NCBI GenBank assembly: GCA_900554175.1
Contig: USGK01000001.1
Coordinates: 47,309-111,308 of the forward strand
Direction of reading: 5' to 3'
DNA: 64,000 nucleotides
Source: an uncultured Clostridium sp.
GTDB taxonomy: Bacteria > Bacillota > Clostridia > TANB77 > CAG-508
Below, in pieces: positions 47,421 to 56,637 of this stretch (position 1 is its first letter; every line of letters starts with the position of its first letter). A program made the translations under genes and the position numbers. Under the pieces are notes generated by a model, which was not told the origin of the DNA, ran no database searches, and saw nothing but the letters and a program-made list of their open reading frames with translations.

Positions 47421-48806
47421 ATGAATTTTGAAGAAATGACTTTGCTTGAATTGAAAAAAATGGCAAAAGAAAATAACATAAGAAATATATCAAAATTAAA
47501 TAAAGAAGAACTTATTGAAGTATTAAAAAGTATTCTTATTAGTGAAAATAACGAATCGAATAAAGAAGAAATTGAGATAGAAGAAAAGGATATGAATCAA
47601 AGATATGATTCTGCTGATGATGAGGTAGAAGAAGAGGGATTAAATGCAGAAGAATCTGAGATTACATACAAAGTAAATAACGAAGAAGATGAAATAATAG
47701 AAGGAATATTGGAAGTTCTTCCAGATGGATACGGTTTTTTAAGAGGAGAAAATTATCTGTCAACAACAAAAGATGTCTACATATCTCCTATTCAAATAAG
47801 AAGATTTAGATTAGAAACAGGAGATTTAATAAAAGGAATTTCAAGATGTAAAGATGGAGAAAAATTTCCGTCACTAATCTTTGTTGGAGAAGTAAATGGA
47901 GAACATCCTGAAAAAGCTTTAAAAAGAAAAAGGTTTGATGATTTAACACCTATATATCCAAATGAAAGATTATATTTAGAAACTGCTCAAGAAAATATTG
48001 CAACTAGAATGATAGATATAATTTCACCAATAGGAAAAGGACAAAGAGGATTAATAGTTGCTCAACCAAAAGCTGGTAAAACAACTCTTTTAAAAGAAAT
48101 AGCAAATAGTATTTCGAAAAATAACCCAGAATGTGAACTTATAATGCTTTTAATTGATGAGAGACCGGAAGAAGTAACAGATATGAAACGTTCAATAGAA
48201 GGACAGGTAATCTATTCTACATTTGATGAACTTCCAGAACATCATGCAAAAGTTGCAGAAATGGTTATAGAAAGAGCAAAAAGGTTGGTAGAACAAGGTA
48301 AAGATGTTGTAATTTTATTAGATAGTATTACAAGACTTGCACGTGCATACAACTTAGTAGTGCCAGCATCTGGTAGAACTTTATCAGGTGGTATAGATCC
48401 AGCATCACTTCATAAGCCTAAAAAATTCTTTGGAGCTGCTCGTAATATAGAAGACGGAGGAAGTTTAACAATTCTAGCTACAGCTTTAACTGAAACTGGA
48501 AGTAGAATGGACGATGTTATTTTTGAGGAATTTAAAGGTACAGGCAATATGGAAGTATTATTAGATAGAAGCTTAGCAGAAAAAAGAATATTCCCTGCTA
48601 TCGATATTAATAAATCAAATACTAGAAGAGAAGACCTACTTCTTACTAAAAAAGAACAAGAAGCTGCATATCTTATTAGAAAAGCATTTAATAATGTTGC
48701 TAACTATGAAGCTACTGAACAAATTATTAAGCTTATTAAGGGGACAAAGAATAATAAAGAATTTTTAGAAAAGATTGATTTTAACTTTGGAAGATATAAA
48801 GATTAA
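47421..48806 (+). CDS. rho: Transcription termination factor Rho (with acidic N-terminal insertion)
   Basis: Rho_N ([13 protein letters not shown]), GYGFLR, cold-shock-like RNA-binding domain, [32 protein letters not shown]. Confidence 0.95.
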   Translation: MNFEEMTLLELKKMAKENNIRNISKLNKEELIEVLKSILISENNESNKEEIEIEEKDMNQRYDSADDEVEEEGLNAEESEITYKVNNEEDEIIEGILEVLPDGYGFLRGENYLSTTKDVYISPIQIRRFRLETGDLIKGISRCKDGEKFPSLIFVGEVNGEHPEKALKRKRFDDLTPIYPNERLYLETAQENIATRMIDIISPIGKGQRGLIVAQPKAGKTTLLKEIANSISKNNPECELIMLLIDERPEEVTDMKRSIEGQVIYSTFDELPEHHAKVAEMVIERAKRLVEQGKDVVILLDSITRLARAYNLVVPASGRTLSGGIDPASLHKPKKFFGAARNIEDGGSLTILATALTETGSRMDDVIFEEFKGTGNMEVLLDRSLAEKRIFPAIDINKSNTRREDLLLTKKEQEAAYLIRKAFNNVANYEATEQIIKLIKGTKNNKEFLEKIDFNFGRYKD

Positions 48807-48808
48807 GT

Positions 48809-48835
48809 AAATGGGATTATCCCATTTATTTTTTA
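48809..48835 (+). terminator. Terminator after rho
   Basis: AAATGGGA-TTAT-CCCATTT, then TTTTTT. Confidence 0.85.
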
Positions 48836-49025
48836 TCCGAAAATAATATTTTATATAAATACTTTTCATTAATTCGATTTTTTAAATATGTCGAAAAATG
48901 AAGTATTACGCGATTAAAAAATGGAAAATTTTACCAAAAAGTATAGACATTTTTAAATGATTGTTATAAAATACAAAATGTTAAAAGTTGCAACAAAAAA
49001 TAAAATTTATAGGAGGCAAAAGAGA

Positions 49026-49289
49026 ATGGAAATTTTAAAAATTTCATCAAAATCTAATCCAAATTCAGTAGCAGGAGCTATTGCAGGATTGATAAAAGAA
49101 TCACAAAAGGCAGAAATGCAAGCAATCGGAGCAGGAGCTCTAAATCAAGCAGTAAAAGCTGTAGCTATAGCAAGAGGTTTTGTAGCACCAGCAGGAGTTG
49201 ATTTAATATGTATCCCAGCTTTTGCAGAAGTTGAGGTTGAAGGTGAAGATAGAACTGGAATGAAACTTATTGTTGAATCTAGAAAATAA
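49026..49289 (+). CDS. spoVS: Stage V sporulation protein S
   Basis: 87 aa. MEILKISSKSNPNSVAGAIAG, IGAGALNQAVKAVAIARGF. SD AGGAGG. Confidence 0.92.
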   Translation: MEILKISSKSNPNSVAGAIAGLIKESQKAEMQAIGAGALNQAVKAVAIARGFVAPAGVDLICIPAFAEVEVEGEDRTGMKLIVESRK

Positions 49290-49301
49290 TATAATTATAA
49301 G

Positions 49302-49347
49302 CTGTTGTGATAGAAATGTTATTGTTTCTATTTCAACAGTTTTTTTG
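49302..49347 (+). terminator. Terminator after spoVS
   Basis: CTGTTGTGATAGAAA / TTTCTATTTCAACAG, then TTTTTTT. Confidence 0.8.
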
Positions 49348-49472
49348 TTTTCATTGCTAATTTATATAGATATTCAGTATATAATAAAAAATAGAGTATT
49401 GTATTAAAAATACTCTATTGACATTTAAAAAAAATAATATATAATAACAATGTAGTTTTAAAAGAGGTGTTT

Positions 49473-51068
49473 ATGAAAAATAATATATTTGGATATTTAT
49501 TTATAATATTTATTATAGCTATTATGTCATTTGCAATATATAAGGTCAAAAAAGAAGATAATAAAAAGCAAGAAAATATTGTCGAGTCAAATTCAATTAG
49601 CGATGAAGAAAAAGGCACAGAAATGGTTTTAGCAATTTCAGGTTTTGATACTATAAATCCAATAATTACAAAAAATAGAGATGTACAAGATATTGACAAA
49701 ATAATATATGAATCATTATTTAATGTTACAGAAAATTATAAGATTGAAAATTGTTTGGCAACAGAATTTGCCAAAACTGATAGTACAACCTATTTAATAA
49801 AATTAAGACAAAATGTTAGATGGTCAAATAATTCAAAATTTAACAGTTCGGATGTAAAGTATACTATAGATAAATTAAAACAAAGTAATAATTCAGTTTA
49901 TTCTTCAAATGTTAATTATGTAAAAGAAGTGGATATTGTAGATGATTATACTGTAAGGATAATTTTATCACAGGAAGTAGAATTTTTTGAATATTATTTA
50001 AGTTTTCCAATTTTATGTAGTAGTTATTATGGTCAAGATGATTTTTGGAATACAGAAAAAAATCGTGCACCGGTAACAACAGGAAAATTCAAAATCTCAG
50101 GGGTAACTAATAGTACAATTACACTAATAAAAAATAAAAATTGGTGGAATAAGTCAAACGAAAAAACTAATTTAGAAAAAATAACTGTAAATATTTATTC
50201 GACACCTTCAGAATTATATAATGCATTTAAATTAGGAAGTATAGATTTAATTACAACAGAAAACGAAAAATATCAAGATTATGTGGGTACAATTGGATAT
50301 AATACTACAGAAACAGAAGGAAGAGAATTTGTTTTTTTGGCAATGAACACATACAGTAATATTTTATCAGATGTAAATGTCAGAAAAGCAATTAGAAGCT
50401 ATTTAAATAAAGAAGAAGTTGTTTCGAATTCATATAACTCATTTTATAAGTCAGCTAATTTTCCGTTGAATACTTCAAATTATTTAATTAGTTTAGGTGA
50501 AGAAAATTTCTATAATTTGGAAGAAGCAAATAGCACACTTTCTTCCTCAGAATGGGCATTAAGAAATAATATATGGCAAAAAGTAATTGATTACAAACTA
50601 ACTAAATTAGAATTTAATTTGGTTGTAAAAGCAAGTGATTCAAAGAGAGCAAGAGCAGCTGAAACAATAAAAGAAAATTTAGCGAATCAAGGAATTATAA
50701 TAGATATTGTTTATGCAAATGATAGCGATTATCAAAATTATTTGCAAAATAAAAATTATGATATGATTTTGTGCTCGATAAATTTAGGAATATCGCCTGA
50801 TTTAACAACATTTTTTGGAGAAAACAATTTAGCTAATTATAACAATGAAGAAATAAAAAATACGATAAGAAATTTAGACAATATAGTAAATGAGGATGAA
50901 TTAAAAACGAATTATCAAAATATTTATAATGCATATAATCAAGATGTTCCTTATATAGGAATTTGTAGAAATAAAGTAAAAGTTTTAACTTCTAGTAGAC
51001 TAGTAGGAGATATTAAAACAAATTGGTATAATGTATTTTATAATTTGAAAGAATGGTATACAAAATAA
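49473..51068 (+). CDS. Family-5 (peptide/nickel-type) solute-binding protein, TM-anchored, with no adjacent permease or ATPase genes
   Basis: N-terminal TM helix without a lipobox Cys. SBP_bac_5-like blocks (LRQNVRWSN, FKLGSIDL, EFVFLAMN). Confidence 0.8.
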   Translation: MKNNIFGYLFIIFIIAIMSFAIYKVKKEDNKKQENIVESNSISDEEKGTEMVLAISGFDTINPIITKNRDVQDIDKIIYESLFNVTENYKIENCLATEFAKTDSTTYLIKLRQNVRWSNNSKFNSSDVKYTIDKLKQSNNSVYSSNVNYVKEVDIVDDYTVRIILSQEVEFFEYYLSFPILCSSYYGQDDFWNTEKNRAPVTTGKFKISGVTNSTITLIKNKNWWNKSNEKTNLEKITVNIYSTPSELYNAFKLGSIDLITTENEKYQDYVGTIGYNTTETEGREFVFLAMNTYSNILSDVNVRKAIRSYLNKEEVVSNSYNSFYKSANFPLNTSNYLISLGEENFYNLEEANSTLSSSEWALRNNIWQKVIDYKLTKLEFNLVVKASDSKRARAAETIKENLANQGIIIDIVYANDSDYQNYLQNKNYDMILCSINLGISPDLTTFFGENNLANYNNEEIKNTIRNLDNIVNEDELKTNYQNIYNAYNQDVPYIGICRNKVKVLTSSRLVGDIKTNWYNVFYNLKEWYTK

Positions 51069-51082
51069 AAATAAAAAAGTAC

Positions 51083-51129
51083 TTGACAAAATAAAAGTTT
51101 GGTATATAATAGTGGCAAACATAAGTTCA
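51083..51129 (+). promoter_or_regulatory. recA promoter with a degenerate LexA (Cheo-box-like) site
   Basis: TTGACA (51083-51088), 16 nt, TATAAT (51105-51110). CAAACATAAGTTCA at 51116-51129 compares with the Firmicutes consensus CGAACATATGTTCG. Confidence 0.45.
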
Positions 51130-51145
51130 AATAAGGAGGATAAAA

Positions 51146-52204
51146 ATGTCAGAAAATAATGAAAGAAGAAAAGCATTAGATGTAGCATTAGGACAAATAG
51201 AAAAACAATTTGGAAAAGGGTCTGTAATGAGACTAGGAAATTATAAAGCAATGGAAGTAGATGCAATCTCAACAGGAGCTTTAAGTTTGGATATTGCACT
51301 TGGAATTGGAGGATTGCCAAGAGGAAGAATTATAGAAATATATGGACCTGAATCATCAGGAAAAACAACACTTGCATTAAGTGTTGTAGCAGAAGCACAA
51401 AAAGCAGGAGGAGAAGCAGCTTTTATAGATGCAGAACACGCATTAGACCCAATTCATGCAAAAAAATTAGGTGTAGATATAGATAATTTAATAGTATCAC
51501 AACCAGATACAGGAGAGCAAGCATTAGAAATTACAGAAAGCTTAGTAAGAAGTGGAGCATTAGATGTAATAGTAGTAGACTCTGTTGCAGCATTAGTTCC
51601 AAAAGCAGAAATAGATGGAGATATGGGTGATTCTCATATGGGACTACAAGCACGTTTAATGTCACAAGCATTAAGGAAACTTGCTGGTGCAATAAATAAA
51701 TCAAAAACAGTAATAATATTCATAAACCAATTAAGAGAGAAGATAGGAGTTATGTTTGGAAATCCTGAAACAACAACAGGTGGACGTGCACTTAAATTTT
51801 ATGCATCTGTAAGACTTGATATAAGAAGAATAGAAAGCATTAAACAAGATGGAGTTGTTACAGGACACAGAGTGAGAGTAAAAGTAGTAAAAAATAAAGT
51901 GGCACCACCTTTTAGAGAAGCTGAATTTGATTTGGTTTATAGCGAAGGAATTTCTAAAATTGGAAATATATTTGATATGGCTGTAAATTTAGATATCATT
52001 GAAAAAAGCGGATCATGGTTTAGCTATAATGGAGAAAGAATAGGCCAAGGAAGAGAAAATATAAAGAAATATTTAAAAGAAAATCCTAAAGTTCTTGCAG
52101 AAGTTGAAAAGAAGGTTAGAGATAACTTTGCTAAAGCATTCGAACAAAGCTTAGGAGAAGAAATGCCTGAAGATAAAGAAGAAGAAACTCAACCAGAAGA
52201 ATAA
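51146..52204 (+). CDS. recA: Recombinase RecA
   Basis: [72 protein letters not shown]. Confidence 0.97.
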   Translation: MSENNERRKALDVALGQIEKQFGKGSVMRLGNYKAMEVDAISTGALSLDIALGIGGLPRGRIIEIYGPESSGKTTLALSVVAEAQKAGGEAAFIDAEHALDPIHAKKLGVDIDNLIVSQPDTGEQALEITESLVRSGALDVIVVDSVAALVPKAEIDGDMGDSHMGLQARLMSQALRKLAGAINKSKTVIIFINQLREKIGVMFGNPETTTGGRALKFYASVRLDIRRIESIKQDGVVTGHRVRVKVVKNKVAPPFREAEFDLVYSEGISKIGNIFDMAVNLDIIEKSGSWFSYNGERIGQGRENIKKYLKENPKVLAEVEKKVRDNFAKAFEQSLGEEMPEDKEEETQPEE

Positions 52205-52249
52205 ATGAAAACTGATTGTTATTTTAAATAAGAGATAGAATAATAAAAA

Positions 52250-52285
52250 CTAGAGATAGCAAATTGGCTATCTCTAGTTCCATTT
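52250..52285 (+). terminator. Terminator after recA
   Basis: CTAGAGATAGC / GCTATCTCTAG (11 bp). Confidence 0.7.
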
Positions 52286-52366
52286 AAGGAGTAAAAAATT
52301 GGAATAAGTGTTATTATACAAAGTTAACATAACAATATGAATAAAATTAAAATTAAAAAGATTCTA

Positions 52367-52395
52367 TTGACAAAATAAATACCAAAGTATACAAT
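52367..52395 (+). promoter_or_regulatory. Consensus-like promoter upstream of the pilin-like LRR gene
   Basis: TTGACA (52367-52372), 17 nt, TACAAT (52390-52395). Confidence 0.55.
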
Positions 52396-52527
52396 GATGT
52401 AAAAAAACAAAAGGTAAAAGGAGAAAAGTGCATATGAGAAAAGAAAAAAGAAATAAAGGACACCCCATATTTTGATAATATTAATATTATTGGAAAAAAT
52501 ATTAAAAAGTTAAAAATGGAGGATAAA

Positions 52528-53766
52528 ATGAATTTTAAAAAATTAAAAAGTGAAAAAGGTATAACATTAATAGCATTAATTATAACAATTATAGTACTGC
52601 TAATTCTTGCAGGAGTAAGTATTATAACGTTAACGGGAGAAAATGGAACAATAACAAGAGTGCAAACTGCTAAAAAGCAAAGTAAAAAAGGAAAATTAGA
52701 AGAAGAAGTAAAATTAGCAATAACAAATTTACAGATTGAAGAAAATCAAAAAGAAATGACACAAGAAGAAAAAAGAGCAGAGTTAGAAAAAGAATTAAAA
52801 AAACAAGATTCAAATTCAACAGTTTCTATAGATGGTTCAGGATTTATAGCAAGTCATGGAGGATATAATTTTAATATAAGCGATAATTATAAAGTTTCTA
52901 TAAAAGAACCATTTAATGCAGAAGAATGGGATAAGACAGCAGCAGATGATGACTGTTTCTATTGGGGAAGCAATGACCCAAATAGTGAAGACTACGGTAA
53001 AGTAATAGGCTATACTAAAAAAATAGAAATTTATACCGTATTAAGATTTCCAAGTAGATGTACAAAAATAAGTTTTTGTATAGCGGGTGAATACGAAGAT
53101 GGAGTAACTGTAAGCGAGTCAAGATCATTTACTAATAATATAAAAAAAGTAGAGATTCCAGGAACAGTTAATTCAATAGAAGATCAAGCTTTTGGTGGTC
53201 CAGTGGCTAATACTTTTCAAGAATTAAAAGAAGTTACGATAGAAGAAGGAATGCATGAAATAATAGGGTTCGCATTTAGGCATTGTACAAATCTAAGCAG
53301 TATAACAATTCCAAATAGTGTAATAAGTATAGGCGGAGGTGCTTTAGATGATACCCAATGGTATAAAAATCAACCCGATGGACTTGTATATGCAGGAAGA
53401 ATAGCATATAAATATAAAGGAAATATGCCTAGTAATACAAATATAGAAATAAAATCAGGAACAACAGAAATTGCAAGTGATTGCTTTGAAAATTGTACGA
53501 ATTTAAATAGTATAGCAATTCCAAATAGTGTAACAAGTATTGGATGGGCTGCTTTTGGTGGATGCGTCAATTTAAATAGTATAATGATTCCGAATAATAT
53601 AAAGAAGATAGATAGACAGGTATTTAATAGATGTTCAAGTTTAACAAGTGTAATTTACAAAGGCATAACTTATACGAGTAAAGCTTCTTTAGTACAAGCA
53701 TTAGAAGATAATGGCGTAACAGGCGTAGAAGATCTTACTTTTGGTTCTACTGGTCTTTCAGATTAA
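52528..53766 (+). CDS. Protein with a type IV pilin-like N-terminal signal/TM segment and C-terminal BspA-type leucine-rich repeats
   Basis: Start at the ATG at 52528 (GGAGG SD). KSEKG-ITLIALIITIIVLLILAGVSIITLTGENG resembles a prepilin leader plus hydrophobic helix. C-terminal repeats IPNSVISIGGGAL, IAIPNSVTSIGWAAFGGCVNLNSIMIPNNIKKI, FNRCSSLTSV (LRR_5-like). Confidence 0.8.
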   Translation: MNFKKLKSEKGITLIALIITIIVLLILAGVSIITLTGENGTITRVQTAKKQSKKGKLEEEVKLAITNLQIEENQKEMTQEEKRAELEKELKKQDSNSTVSIDGSGFIASHGGYNFNISDNYKVSIKEPFNAEEWDKTAADDDCFYWGSNDPNSEDYGKVIGYTKKIEIYTVLRFPSRCTKISFCIAGEYEDGVTVSESRSFTNNIKKVEIPGTVNSIEDQAFGGPVANTFQELKEVTIEEGMHEIIGFAFRHCTNLSSITIPNSVISIGGGALDDTQWYKNQPDGLVYAGRIAYKYKGNMPSNTNIEIKSGTTEIASDCFENCTNLNSIAIPNSVTSIGWAAFGGCVNLNSIMIPNNIKKIDRQVFNRCSSLTSVIYKGITYTSKASLVQALEDNGVTGVEDLTFGSTGLSD

Positions 53767-53800
53767 AACACAATAATCACAAAATAAAATTTAAATATAG

Positions 53801-53845
53801 ATTTCACTTTGAATTTAAGAGATTAAGTTCAAGGTGAATTTTTTA
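53801..53845 (+). terminator. Terminator after the pilin-like LRR gene
   Basis: ATTTCACTTTGAA / TTCAAGGTGAAT (G-U pairs), then TTTTTT. Confidence 0.7.
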
Positions 53846-53928
53846 TAACATTTTAAAACAAATTTTTTAATTTAATTGAATTTTTAAGTAATTTATAGTA
53901 AAATGTAACAATAAAAGGAGAATTGTAG

Positions 53929-54381
53929 ATGTACACAATAGAAGAATTTGATGAACAAAAAACAAGGATAATGAAATATATAGTATATAAAAGAAGAACA
54001 GAAAAAGAAGTAAGAGATAAGTTCAAAAATAGTATGGAAGAAGAAATATTAAATGACATTATAGAATATTTAAAAGATGCTAAATATATTGATGATAATG
54101 ACTATTTAAGAAAAATGGTTCAAAATATAATGATATTAAAAACACAGTCGATAAAAGAAATCCAATATAAATTACTTTCAAAAGGAATTAAGAAGGATGA
54201 AATAGAAAGATATATATATATAAACGAAGAAGAATTAGAAGAATATGAATTAAATTGTGCAAAAAAAATAATTTTAAAAAAATCAGATAAAGACGAAAAC
54301 GAAATAAGAGCTTATTTAATAAGAAAAGGTTATAAATTAGAAAATATAAGAAAAGCAATAGATGAAATTAATCAAAAATGA
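53929..54381 (+). CDS. recX: Recombination regulator RecX
   Basis: 150 aa. Three-repeat helical pattern: YKRRTEKEVRDKF, IIEYLKDAKYIDDNDY, IQYKLLSKGI, IRAYLIRKGYKLENIRKAI. Confidence 0.8.
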   Translation: MYTIEEFDEQKTRIMKYIVYKRRTEKEVRDKFKNSMEEEILNDIIEYLKDAKYIDDNDYLRKMVQNIMILKTQSIKEIQYKLLSKGIKKDEIERYIYINEEELEEYELNCAKKIILKKSDKDENEIRAYLIRKGYKLENIRKAIDEINQK

Positions 54382-54394
54382 AAGGAAAAATTAA

Positions 54395-55153
54395 ATGTCA
54401 ATTTTAGCATTACAAACAGGAAAATATAAAATAAAAGTTGAAAATTTTGAAGGTCCACTTGATTTACTATGTATGCTTATAGAAAAAAATAAAATGAATA
54501 TATATGATATAAAACTAGATGAGATAACAGACCAGTATTTAGAGTATATAAAGCAAATGGAAAAAGAGAACTTAGAAGTGAAAAGCGAATTTTTAGTTAT
54601 GGCATCGACTCTTTTATATATGAAATCAAAAAAATTATTGCCAAATCAAGAAGAAAAAGAAGATGAAATAACAGAAGAAGAACTTATAAGAAGAATTATT
54701 GAATATAAAAAATATAAAGATGCAGTTGTAAAGTTTAAAAATAATTTTGAGATGTATTCAAACAGAATATATAAAGCGCCTGAAGAAATGGAACTTCCAA
54801 AACAAGAATTAAAAGTTGAATATGATGACAAAATTATTCCAAAAGTTTATGAAAAAATAGTAAATTCTAACAAAGAAAAATTAAATAAAAATGCAAAAAA
54901 TATTGAACAAATAAAATTAACAGAACAATTTACTGTAACAAGTAAAGTAAAGCAAATGTTTAAGGAATTAATCAAAAATAAAAGATTTGTATTTAACAGA
55001 ATGTATACAACAAAGAAAAATAGCAAAAACGAAGTTGTTACAGCCTTTTCCGGATTGTTGGAATTATCAAGGAAAAATAAGGTTATAACCAATCAAGAAG
55101 AAATTTTTGGTGATATATTAGTAGAAAAGAGTAAAATAAAAAAAGAAAAGTAA
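54395..55153 (+). CDS. scpA: Segregation and condensation protein A
   Basis: FEGPLDLLCMLIEKNKMNIYDIKLDEITDQYLEYI. C-terminal FSGLLELSR winged-helix region. Confidence 0.9.
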   Translation: MSILALQTGKYKIKVENFEGPLDLLCMLIEKNKMNIYDIKLDEITDQYLEYIKQMEKENLEVKSEFLVMASTLLYMKSKKLLPNQEEKEDEITEEELIRRIIEYKKYKDAVVKFKNNFEMYSNRIYKAPEEMELPKQELKVEYDDKIIPKVYEKIVNSNKEKLNKNAKNIEQIKLTEQFTVTSKVKQMFKELIKNKRFVFNRMYTTKKNSKNEVVTAFSGLLELSRKNKVITNQEEIFGDILVEKSKIKKEK

Positions 55154-55188
55154 ATAATTGAAATAATAAAAAGAAAGGGCGAATCAAA

Positions 55189-56637
55189 TTGAAAAAAGAA
55201 GAAGCAGAAATAAATTTACAAAAGGAATATATGGAAAAAGTTAGAGATATACATAATGGAAAAAATATGAAATATTATATACTTACAATGGGATGTCAAT
55301 TAAATGAAAATGATTCAGAAAAATTAAGTGGTATGTTAGAAGAAATGGGATATTCAAGAACAGAGAAAATTGATGATGCAAATTTAGCATTAATAAATAC
55401 ATGCTGTGTACGAGAAAACGCTGAAGAAAGGCTATTTGGCAAAGTAGGAGAACTTAAAAATTTAAAAGAAAAAAATGATTTAGTAATAGCAGTTGGCGGA
55501 TGCATGATGCAAGAAAAACATATACAAGAAAAAATAAAAAAATCATATCCATATATAGATGTTGTTTTTGGAACACACACACTTCATAAATTTCCTGAAG
55601 ATTTATATAAAGTTATTAAAAATAAAGAGAAAATAAAAGACGTAATAGACATAAATGGAGAAGTATATGAAAATTTGCCAATTAAAAGAGATAATAAAAT
55701 ATCAGGATCTGTAACAATAATGTATGGGTGCGATAATTTTTGCTCTTATTGTATAGTACCATATGTTAGAGGAAGAGAAAGAAGCAGAAATCCTGAAGAT
55801 ATTTTAAAAGAATGCAGAGAATTAGCTAAAGAAGGATACAAAGAAATTGTTTTACTTGGGCAAAATGTAAACTCATATTTAAGAAGTGAAATGGAAGCAA
55901 TTAGACAAGGAAAATTGGTAGATGAAGAAGGTGTATACAAAGAAATAAACTCATTTGCTAAGCTTTTAAAAGCAATAAATAAAATAGATGGAATTGAAAG
56001 AATACGTTTTGTTTCACCACATCCAAAAGATTTTACAGATGATGTTATAGAAGCTATTGCAGAGTCAGAAAAAGTATGCAAATTTATTCACTTACCACTT
56101 CAATCTGGAAGTACTAATATGCTGAAAATAATGAATAGAAAATATACAAAAGAACAATATTTAAATTTAGTAGAAAAAATAAAATCAAAAATTCCAAATA
56201 TAAAGTTTTCAACAGATATAATAGTTGGATTTGCAGGTGAAAGCGAGGAAGATTTTGAAGATACCTTAGATGTTGTTAGAAAGGTTAAATTTGAACAAGT
56301 ATTTATGTTTATATATTCAAGAAGAGTAGGAACTCCTGGAGATAAAATGGAAAACCAAGTTCCTGAAGATATTAAACATAAAAGATTTGATAAATTAAAA
56401 ACATTAGTTGAATCTCAAATTGCAGAAAATAATAAAGAATATGTAAATACGATTCAAAAAGTTTTAGTTGAAGGAAAGAGTAAGAATAATGACAAGATGC
56501 TTACAGGTAGAACGGAAACAAATAAAGTTGTTGTTTTTGAAGGATCAGATAATTTAATAAATAATATAATTGACGTAAAATTAATTGAAGATCATATGTG
56601 GTATTTTAAAGGAGAAACAATAAATGAATGTAGATAA
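55189..56637 (+). CDS. miaB: tRNA-2-methylthio-N6-dimethylallyladenosine synthase
   Basis: TMGCQLNENDSE, INTCCVRE, radical-SAM CDNFCSYCIVPYVRGRERS, C-terminal TRAM. The start is uncertain (TTG 55189 or ATG 55231). Confidence 0.92.
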   Translation: MKKEEAEINLQKEYMEKVRDIHNGKNMKYYILTMGCQLNENDSEKLSGMLEEMGYSRTEKIDDANLALINTCCVRENAEERLFGKVGELKNLKEKNDLVIAVGGCMMQEKHIQEKIKKSYPYIDVVFGTHTLHKFPEDLYKVIKNKEKIKDVIDINGEVYENLPIKRDNKISGSVTIMYGCDNFCSYCIVPYVRGRERSRNPEDILKECRELAKEGYKEIVLLGQNVNSYLRSEMEAIRQGKLVDEEGVYKEINSFAKLLKAINKIDGIERIRFVSPHPKDFTDDVIEAIAESEKVCKFIHLPLQSGSTNMLKIMNRKYTKEQYLNLVEKIKSKIPNIKFSTDIIVGFAGESEEDFEDTLDVVRKVKFEQVFMFIYSRRVGTPGDKMENQVPEDIKHKRFDKLKTLVESQIAENNKEYVNTIQKVLVEGKSKNNDKMLTGRTETNKVVVFEGSDNLINNIIDVKLIEDHMWYFKGETINECR

